This document shows, in pieces, positions 56,337-64,000 of a DNA stretch of 64,000 bases. How positions within the stretch are numbered: position 1 is the stretch's first letter; each line of letters opens with the position of its first letter. The stretch is from an uncultured delta proteobacterium (GTDB lineage Bacteria; Desulfobacterota; Binatia; Binatales; Binataceae). The position numbers were made by a program, and so were the translations under genes. Below the pieces are notes generated by a model. That model saw only the letters and a list, made by a program, of their open reading frames with translations. It was not told where the DNA came from and made no database searches. The DNA lies in NCBI GenBank assembly GCA_963747845.1, contig CAVVGR010000007.1:194025-258024 (forward strand), written 5' to 3'.

Positions 56337-56816
56337 ATGAGCGAACAGTTCTCAACTCTCGAGTTGATTCGGAATGTTCGCAAGGGCGAGCGCGATTCAT
56401 CCGGCATTTACAAAACCGAAAGACCATTCCTTGATTTTGTCGTCGACGGCGTTTCTCTTCACGAAGCTATCGCACGTGAACGCGACTTCGCCTCCGTGTT
56501 GTGGATTGACCCTCCAGTGCCGGCTGAGATCGAGAAGTGTCTGCGCCGCCTTCTACTGCTCGATCCCGCCGATCTTCCCGATGGCCGCGTCTCGCTTTAT
56601 ATTTGCCCCGAATGCGGCGACTTGGGCTGCGGCGTCATCTCGGTCGACATCAAGCTTCGCGGCGACGCGATCGTTTGGAGCAAATTCGGATATCACTATG
56701 ATCTCAAAGAGAGCCCATACACAGATTCATTTCAGCAGATAGGCCCATATCAGTTCGAGTTGAGCGCCTATCGTGCCGTCCTGCTCTCGGCTCTGCCCGC
56801 CAACCGAGATCACTGA
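56337..56816 (+). CDS. hypothetical protein with CPECGDLGCG motif
   Basis: ATG 56337 follows ggaagg. 159 aa (MSEQFSTLELIRNVRKGERDSSGIYKTERPFLDFVVDGVSLHEAI...LYICPECGDLGCGVISVD...). GC is visibly lower than the surroundings, and I recognise no family. Confidence 0.5.
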   Translation: MSEQFSTLELIRNVRKGERDSSGIYKTERPFLDFVVDGVSLHEAIARERDFASVLWIDPPVPAEIEKCLRRLLLLDPADLPDGRVSLYICPECGDLGCGVISVDIKLRGDAIVWSKFGYHYDLKESPYTDSFQQIGPYQFELSAYRAVLLSALPANRDH

Positions 56817-56849
56817 GCCTCCAAACCGATACTTGCAGCGTTGGCTGCA

Positions 56850-57290
56850 TCAATCCTGAATTGCGCCATCGCGCCGTTGGCCGATGTGCCAAAGCACCCC
56901 CGATGGATCGAAGACATATGCGATCCGCAGGCCCCACGGCTGCATGGCCGGCGCGCGCGGAGGCTGAACCTTGAATTTCGCCGGCAGATCAAGCCCCTCA
57001 ATATGCGCCCACCACGCGTCAAGATCATCGACCATGAGCTGCATCATGAAGTTTTCAGCCCACTCCTTTTGATATTGCCGCTGAAGTATGAAACCGCCCG
57101 AACCGGCGCTGAAAATCGCCACGTCTCCATCAAGAAGTTTTTCGAAGCCGATTGCCTCGTAGAATTTCTTCGACAGATCAAAGTCCTTCGCAGGCATGAA
57201 CGGACGCGCGAGTTCGGTTCCGCTCGGAATTTGCTTCATCGCTTGATCCTTCAGGTGCGCCGGACCCTCGCTTAAAAGCTCACTGCTCAA
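56850..57290 (-). CDS. glyoxalase/bleomycin-resistance (VOC) family protein
   Basis: FMPAKDFDLSKKFYEAIGFEKLLDGDVAIFSAGSGGFILQ...MQLMVDDLDAWWAHI...PWGLRIAYVFDPSGVLWHI. The likely start is ATG 57239. Confidence 0.75.
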   Translation of the reverse strand: MSSELLSEGPAHLKDQAMKQIPSGTELARPFMPAKDFDLSKKFYEAIGFEKLLDGDVAIFSAGSGGFILQRQYQKEWAENFMMQLMVDDLDAWWAHIEGLDLPAKFKVQPPRAPAMQPWGLRIAYVFDPSGVLWHIGQRRDGAIQD

Positions 57291-58104
57291 ACGACGGCCC
57301 GGAGAAGCCGCTATCCGGCAGTGCTGCCGCGCGAAAGCGCGCGTTGCCCGTGTTCATCCCGCCGTCGACCACCATCGCAGTGCCTGTTATCCAGTCCGCT
57401 TCGTCGCTGGCCAGGAACAGCGCCATAGTCGCGATGTCGTCAGGCCGGCCCGCACGCGGTATCGGCTGCATTCGCGCCATGCTCTTCTCGGCCGCTTCTT
57501 CGGCGCCGGGCTTCCTGCCGCGCACCAGCGGCGTATTCACTCCTCCGGGGCAGATGCAGTTGACGCGGATCCGATCGTGGCCCACTTCGATTGCCACTGC
57601 CTGCGTCAGATTCACAACCGCCGCCTTTGCAGCGCTGTATGCCGCCAGATAGCCGGCCGCGCGCAATCCCGCCACCGATGCGGTCGAGATGATCGATCCG
57701 CCGCCCCCCTTGCGCATCTCGGGTATCGAGTACTTCATGCCGAGGAACACCGCGCGCAGCAATATTGCCATGGTGCGATCCCAGTCGCCGGATGCGACTT
57801 TCTCGATCGGACCCATCGCGCCGCCCACGCCGGCGTTGTTGAACATGATGTCGAGGCGCCCGTATTCCTTGACCGCGCGATCGACTGCCGCCTTGATATC
57901 CGCTTCGCTGGTGACGTCGGTGCGCTGAAAGACCGCGCGTCCGCCCGCCGCCGCGCATTCCGCGACCGCGGTCTCTCCTCCCTGCGAGTTCAAATCTGTC
58001 AGCACTACGCTCGCGCCTTCTTTCGCGAAACGGAGCGCTGTGGCGCGGCCCATCCCGCTCGCGGCGCCGGTGATCACTGCGACTTTTCCCTGAATTCTGC
58101 CCAT
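57280..58104 (-). CDS. short-chain dehydrogenase/reductase (SDR) family oxidoreductase
   Basis: MGRIQGKVAVITGAASGMGRA, NNAGVGG and YSAAK. By eye it is roughly two-thirds identical to the SDR at 53695-54525. The ORF opens at 58155. Confidence 0.9.
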   Translation of the reverse strand: MGRIQGKVAVITGAASGMGRATALRFAKEGASVVLTDLNSQGGETAVAECAAAGGRAVFQRTDVTSEADIKAAVDRAVKEYGRLDIMFNNAGVGGAMGPIEKVASGDWDRTMAILLRAVFLGMKYSIPEMRKGGGGSIISTASVAGLRAAGYLAAYSAAKAAVVNLTQAVAIEVGHDRIRVNCICPGGVNTPLVRGRKPGAEEAAEKSMARMQPIPRAGRPDDIATMALFLASDEADWITGTAMVVDGGMNTGNARFRAAALPDSGFSGPSFEQ

Positions 58105-58241
58105 TGCACTTCTCCTGCGCGCATTTGTCGCGCGGCGTTTTTGCGTGAATCGCAAATCCTCAATAGCAATGATTTGGGCGAGTCGGGTAGCGCGCGAGCA
58201 ACAACCGAAACTCGCGCCGCGATGATATAATACCCGCGGCC

Positions 58242-60343
58242 ATGCCCCCCGAAGACGAAAACGAAAAGCGTGCCGACCGGCCGCCTCAACCGACCGGCCC
58301 GGATTACGGCTCGCTGATCGAATATCCGGAAGAGGCGCCGCCGCCGGGCGCTCCTGTCGCCGAGCCGCTGGTCCTCGAAGACGAATCCGCGTCGATCGAT
58401 CAAAAATTGGCCGCCACTTCGACCGACCCCGGCATCTACCTGCTGCGCGATCGCGCCGGCAAGGTGCTCTACGTCGGCAAGGCGAAATCGCTGCGCGCGC
58501 GCGTGCGTTCCTACTTCCGTGACGGCGGCGACGGACGCTTCCAGGTGCGTTTCCTGATGCGCCGCGTACGCGACTTCGACACTATCGTCACTGCCAGCGA
58601 GAAGGAGGCGCTGATTCTCGAGAACAACCTGATCAAGCAGTACAAGCCCAGGTACAATATCCGGCTCAAGGACGACAAATCGTACCTGAGCGCGAAAGTC
58701 ACCAATCACGCCTGGCCGCGCATCACCGTCACCCGCAAAATCGTCAAGGACGGCGGTCACTACTTCGGCCCGTTCGGCTCGGCCGACGGTCTGCGCGAGA
58801 CCATCGACGTCATCCGCAAAGTCTTTCCGCTGCGCACCTGTACCGACGCGGTGTTCCGCAACCGCTCGCGCCCGTGCCTCGAATATCAGATCAAGCGATG
58901 CCTCGGGCCGTGCTGCCTGCCTGTCGATCGCGACGAATATGGACGCCACCTGCACGCGGCGCAGATGCTGCTCGAAGGCAAGAATCTCGAACTGCTGCGC
59001 GAGATGCGCGAGCTGATGAAGGATCACGCGTCACGCCTCGAGTTCGAGCAGGCCGCGCGCATCCGCGACCGCGTTCGCGCCATCGAAAAAACCGTCGAGC
59101 GGCAGACCGTGCTGCATCACTGGGGAATCGACGAGGACGTGTTCGGAATTTACCGCGAGGGCGGCTACATCGAGGCGATCGTGCTGATCGTGCGCGGCGG
59201 CAAGCTGACCAGCACGCAGGGCTGGAGCTTCCAGGACCTCGAATTTCCAGTGCACGAAATTCTCTCCGACCTGCTGACCCAGTACTACTCGGGACCGCGC
59301 AATATCCCCGACGAAGTGATCGTGCCGGTCGAGCTCGAGGATGCGACCGTGCGCGCGGAGCTGCTCTCAGAGCGGCGCGGAAAGAAGTGCGAAGTGTTCC
59401 AGCCGCAGCGCGGCGAGAAGCTGCGCCTGCTCGAGATGGCGATGGACAACGCGCGCCAGAGCTTCGCCTCGCGCCGTGACAACGAGAAGACGCGCGAAAA
59501 GATGCTCGAGGATCTGCGCGTCAAGCTCGGTCTGCGCAACTCGCCCAAGCGGATGGAATGCTACGACATCTCGAATCTGCAGGGCTCGATGGTCGTCGGT
59601 TCGCAGGTGACCTTCGACGAAGGCGAGCCGCAGAAGAATCTCTACCGCCGTTACCGGATTCGCAGCTTCGAGGGCCAGGACGATTTCGCCAGCATGTATG
59701 AAGTCCTCAAGCGCCGGGTCGAGCGCGCCGTGCGCGAAAACATTACCCTGATCTCTGGGTCATCGACGGCGGCAAGGGTCAGCTCAACGTCGCGCTCGAA
59801 GTGCTGCGCGAGTTTCGCCTGCTCGATCAGATCGACTGCGTCTCGCTGGCCAAGCAGCATGTGCTGAACGACCGGCGCGACAAGGAAGTCACGAAATCCG
59901 AGGAGCGCGTCTTCGTTCCGCGGCGCAAGGATCCGATCGTGCTGCCGAAAAATTCAACGGCGCTATTCCTGCTCGTGAGGATTCGCGACGAGGCGCATCG
60001 CTTCGCGATCACCTACAACCGCGAGCTGCGGCGGCGCGCGCGGTTGCGCTCGGTGCTCGACGACATCGAAGGCATCGGCCCGGTCCGCCGGCGCGCGCTG
60101 CTGCGCCATTTCGGCAGTCTCAAGCGAATTCGCGAAGCGACGACCGAGGAGATCGCCGCGGTCAAGGGCGTCAACCTCGAACTCGCCGCCGAGATTCGCC
60201 GCCACCTCGACGAAATGACGGCGCTCCTCGACGTCGAAGAATCCGCCGATCCTGCCGATCAACTCGCGCTTCCGCTCGATCCGCCCTCGATTCCTGCCGA
60301 AAGCGACGGCACGCGAGTCAATGACACGCCTGTGCGCGACTGA
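58242..60343 (+). CDS. uvrC: excinuclease ABC subunit C, one apparent frameshift
   Basis: GIY-YIG PGIYLLRDRAGKVLYVGKAKSLRARV and the UVR domain in ORF 58242-59867. After ...VRENI the sequence continues in ORF 59801-60343 frame (PDLWVIDGGKGQLNVALEVL...; HhH LDDIEGIGPVRRRALLRHFGS). The shift is near 59740. Confidence 0.93.
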
Positions 60344-60537
60344 CGCAAAAGTTCTTTAGAGCACACTTATTCAGTCGCGCTAGCTGCTTGTGTTGGCGCA
60401 TAATCTTTTAGTCAACCGTTGCCGCACGCCGTCATTGACGCGCAAAGGAGTGCGTACCTATCGCTGCGGGAGCCCTTTCCGTAAAACGCGCCGCCTCGCG
60501 ACCGACCAGGCTGGAGTCGCTCAAGTCCCGCGCCGTC

Positions 60538-63111
60538 TTGCCGCCGATCCCGGCTGTCAGCCGCATCGATCGCATTCCGGCAATCTACGCGGTCGCAATT
60601 GCGGTGGTCGGCCGGCGACGCGCTCGGCAATTTTCACTTCACGATTTCACCCTGGCTTGCAGTGTCGGTCGCCGCGATTGGCGCTCGGCGCATTGCTCGC
60701 ATCGCGCCGGACGCTCGGGCTCGCAGTCGACTTACGTAGCAATCGCGCTTGCCGCGAACGTGGCGGTTGCGAATGTGCTCGAGCCGCCGCACGACTCGCG
60801 CAGTATCGCGTCTTTCGTCGACGGTTCGCGCGTCGCGATCGAAGGCCGCGTCTATCGTGAGACCGAGCATGAAGCTTACGGAGACCGAATTTACGTCGCC
60901 GTCGATCGCGCCGCCGAGCAGGGTGCGGCGATGTCGCAATCGAGCGGCAATGTCAGAGTCGCGGTGCTCGGGGGCGGGAGTTTCAAGCTGGGCGACGAAA
61001 TCAGGCTGACTGCGCGCATCCATTTTCCGCGCAACTACGGCAATCCCGGCGAGTTCGATTACGTGGGACTGATGGCGCGCGACGGCATCGCCGCGACGAT
61101 GACTGCGGCTGGCAAGTCGCTCGGTTCGCCGGTCTTTCAAATCATCGGGCATCGTTCGAGCTTCCCCGCAAGCCAGATTGAATCGATACGGGCGCACATC
61201 GGCGAGTTCTTCGATCGCAATCTTGCTTATCCTGAAAACGCCGAGATGCGCGCGCTGGTGATCGGCGACCAGGGCGAAATCGGAGATCCGCTGCGGCAAA
61301 CTTTCGCGCGCACCGGCATGGCGCATCTGCTGGTTATATCGGGACTGCACTTGAGCATCGTCGCAGCGGTGATGTTCGCCGCCGCGCGGCTCGCGATGAT
61401 GCTGGCGCCGGGGCTCGCAAGCCGCGGTTATGCGAACAAGGTCGCCGCGCTCGCCGCGATGATAGCGGTATGCGTCGTATGCGTCGATCGCGGGGCATCA
61501 CGTGTCGACGATACGCGCGCTGGTGATGGTGCTCGCGTACATGCTGGCCGTCGCGATCGACCGTCCGCGCGAAGCGATCGCGTCGCTGGCTCTGGCAGCC
61601 ATCGTGATTTGCATCGCGCTTCCCGGCTCGACCGCCGATATCGGGTTTCAACTCTCCTTCGCGTCGGTGATCGCGATCGTGCTCGGGATGCGCCGGTTTG
61701 CCGCATGGTTCACGCGCCGCAAACGCCTCGGCACGCCTGCGCGGTGAACCGTCCTCGCCTCGCTGGCGATTTATCGAAGCGCCGGTCGGCTACCTCGCGG
61801 TGTCATTCTGGGCGATGGTCGCGACGGCGCCGCTCACCGCGTATCACTTCAACCAGTTCGCGGTCGTCGGTCTGATCGCCAACGCCGTCGTGGTCCCAAT
61901 CATGGCGTTAGGCGCGACGGTCAGCGGACTGGTTGCGGCCGCGTTGAGTTTCTTCTCGGAGTCGGCCGCGCGCCCGATATTGCTGTTCGGCGCGCAACGC
62001 GCTCGCCGCCGGCAACTGGCTGGCGGCATGGTTCGTCGCCTGGCCGTTCGCGTGGTTCCGAATCTTCACGCCGACAATTCTCGAACTCGCAATCGCTTAC
62101 GCCTTCCTGATGCTGTGGCTGCTCGCGCCGCTGGCCGTCGCGATAACCGGCAAGCCGCTCGCGCGACGAGGTTCCCAACGCCGCGGCCAAGCGTGCCCGG
62201 ATTCGGCTGGCGTGCGCGATGCGCGATGGTTCTGGTAGTTGTGCTGACCGTCGACGCCGCATCGTGGACCTACGACCGCTTCTTCAATCCCGATCTCCGC
62301 GTAACGTTCCTGTCGGTGGGGGAGGGCGACGGCGCGGTGGTGCGATTTCCCGGCTCGCGCGTGATGGTGATCGATGGCGGCGGCTCCTACGGCGGGTTCG
62401 ACGCGGGCGAGCGAATCGTCGCGCCGTATTTATGGTCGCAGAAGATCATGCGCGTCGATTATATCGCGCTGAGTCATCCCGACCTCGACCATTTCGGCGG
62501 CCTCGACTTTATCGCGATGAACTTCGCGCCGCGCGCGTTCTGGACCACCGGCATGCTGAGCCTCGACGTCAGCTACTCGCGCCTGATGGAAGATCTCGCG
62601 CGCGCCAGAATTCCGATGATGCAGGTGCGCGATGCGGCGCCGGTCTCGCCGATCGGCGGCGTCGCGATTTCCTCGCTCAACGGCAACGGTAGTGTCGCCA
62701 AAACGCATAACAACAGCTCGATGGTCTTGCGATTCAGTTTCGGCAACTCATCATTGCTGTTCACCGGTGATATCGAGTCCGCCGGCGAGCACGCGATGCT
62801 CACGAGCCGCGAAGATCTTCGCGCGACGATACTCAAGGTACCGCATCACGGCAGCGCGACATCCTCGACGGCGGCATTCATAGCGGCGGTGCATCCGGCG
62901 GCGGCGGTCATCTCGGACGGCTATCTGAATAATTTTCATTTCCCGGCGGACGCGGTCGTCGAGCGTTACCATGAAGCGGGCGCCATCCTGATGCGCACCG
63001 ATCTCGATGGCGCCGTGATGGTTGACGCAACGCCGAACCGAATGAGCCGTGCGAACGTTCCGAGCGCGCGGCAGTACGCTTGGCATCGTACCGACAGTTG
63101 CTCCGCACTAG
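60538..63111 (+). CDS. comEC: DNA internalization competence protein ComEC/Rec2, heavily fragmented (at least seven frame changes); ends uncertain
   Basis: Competence-domain motif RTGMAHLLVISGLHLSIV (ORF 60538-61875). TM pieces in ORF 61502-61747 and in an unlisted frame 61995-62230 (NALAAGNWLAAWFVAWPFAWFRIFTPTILELAIAYAFLMLWLL). Metallo-beta-lactamase domain VTFLSVGEGDGAVV...ALSHPDLDHFGGL...KVPHHGS (ORF 61698-63590). Confidence 0.8.
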
Positions 63112-63214
63112 CACTCGAAGCGCCGAATCAGAACGCTTGTTCAAAGCGCGATGTAAAATCGCCGCTCGTTTCTATCGACCGCGCCCATCACTGTGAGCTA
63201 CCTTATGAATCGAG

Positions 63215-64000
63215 ATGGATCTCGAACTTACTGAAGGGCAGCGCGGCGCTCGCGACGTTGCCCGCCGCTTTGCGCGCGAGAAGCTGGGGCCGATCGGCGT
63301 CGAGGCCGACCGCTCGCATCGCTATCCCGCCGAGGCGATCGACGAACTCGCGCGGCTCGGGATGCTCGGCATCTTCCTCCCCGAGCAGTACGGCGGCGCC
63401 GGCCTCGATCACGTCGCCTATTCGCTCGTGCTCGAAGAACTCGCCGTCGAATGCGCGTCCACCGCAGTCATCATGTCGGCGCATTGCTCGCTCGCGTCGT
63501 GGCCGATTCTCGGACTCGGCAGCGCGAAGCAGAAGAGTCATTTTCTGCCGAAGATGGCGACCGGCAGCTGGCTCGGATGCTTTGCCTTGACCGAGCCGCA
63601 GGCCGGGTCCGACGCCGCGGGTCAGAAAACGCGCGCGGTGCGCGACGGCGATTCGTACGTGATCAACGGCACCAAGAATTTTATCACCAACGCGCCGCAG
63701 TCGAAGGTGGCGATAGTCTTTGCGATGACGCAGCCCGACAAGGGGCATCATGGGATCAGCGCGTTTGCGGTCGAGACCAGCACGCCGGGATGGGCGGTCA
63801 CGCGGGTCGAAGACAAAATGGGAATTCACGGCGCGCATTCCGCGCAGTTGAGCTTTTCCGATATGCGCGTGCCGCGCGAAAATCTGCTGCTCGAAGAAGG
63901 GCAGGGCTTCAAGGTCGCGATGAAGACGCTCGACGGCGGCCGGATCGGAATCGCGTCGCAGGCGCTCGGAATCGCGCGCGCGTCACTCGAAGCGTCGTTG
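63215..64000 (+). CDS. acyl-CoA dehydrogenase (short/medium-chain type), 3' end outside the window
   Basis: Frame 2 from ATG 63215 reads MDLELTEGQRGARDVARRFAREKLGP...GCFALTEPQAGSDAAG...YVINGTKNFITNA...GFKVAMKTLDGGRIGIASQALGIA. It is open to the window end and therefore absent from the ORF track. Confidence 0.9.
   Translation, partial: MDLELTEGQRGARDVARRFAREKLGPIGVEADRSHRYPAEAIDELARLGMLGIFLPEQYGGAGLDHVAYSLVLEELAVECASTAVIMSAHCSLASWPILGLGSAKQKSHFLPKMATGSWLGCFALTEPQAGSDAAGQKTRAVRDGDSYVINGTKNFITNAPQSKVAIVFAMTQPDKGHHGISAFAVETSTPGWAVTRVEDKMGIHGAHSAQLSFSDMRVPRENLLLEEGQGFKVAMKTLDGGRIGIASQALGIARASLEASL

Noticed and set aside
60538-63111. Calling comEC (and the propeller gene 50525-52113) definite pseudogenes.
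   Set aside because: The whole window shows indel-type disruptions, including in essential genes. Without read data, I cannot separate real decay from locally poor assembly. I kept both as CDS with a note.

Overview
This is a gene-dense 64-kb stretch of a high-GC bacterial chromosome (roughly 60-65 % GC judged by eye). It probably comes from an uncultivated lineage. I found no rRNA, tRNA, CRISPR array, transposase or integrase. Housekeeping genes are lhr (3' part), acnA, ilvB, ssb, rnj, ftsK, lolA, rimO, a DksA/TraR-type gene, mrp, uvrC, comEC and an acyl-CoA dehydrogenase that runs off the end. Between them sit accessory genes: oxidoreductases, AhpD-like proteins, two toxin-antitoxin loci, an ECF sigma module and secreted or lipoprotein genes. 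The best candidate for something new is a tightly packed, TetR-headed seven-gene minus-strand operon at 35.1-45.7 kb. It joins a ~1440-aa reductase/adenylase/ACP/acyltransferase megasynthase (the ElbD-like domain set) with phosphatidylcholine synthase, two phosphatases, a LarA-like protein and an FGase-like protein, and I predict it makes an unusual membrane lipid. Other notable items are a candidate sRNA with four hairpins and anti-Shine-Dalgarno loops (52.2-52.4 kb), an envelope cluster of a DUF4382 giant protein, a coupled lipoprotein and a vWA-TM-FHA protein (8.5-13.1 kb), several REP-like repeat families including a perfect 44-bp inverted pair bracketing ilvB, and an ECF sigma operon with a recognisable ECF-type promoter. 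At least about 34 apparent frameshifts interrupt otherwise clearly homologous genes, including essential ones. I read these as assembly indels and annotated each gene as one CDS across the breaks. All calls rest on reading motifs by eye; no searches were run.
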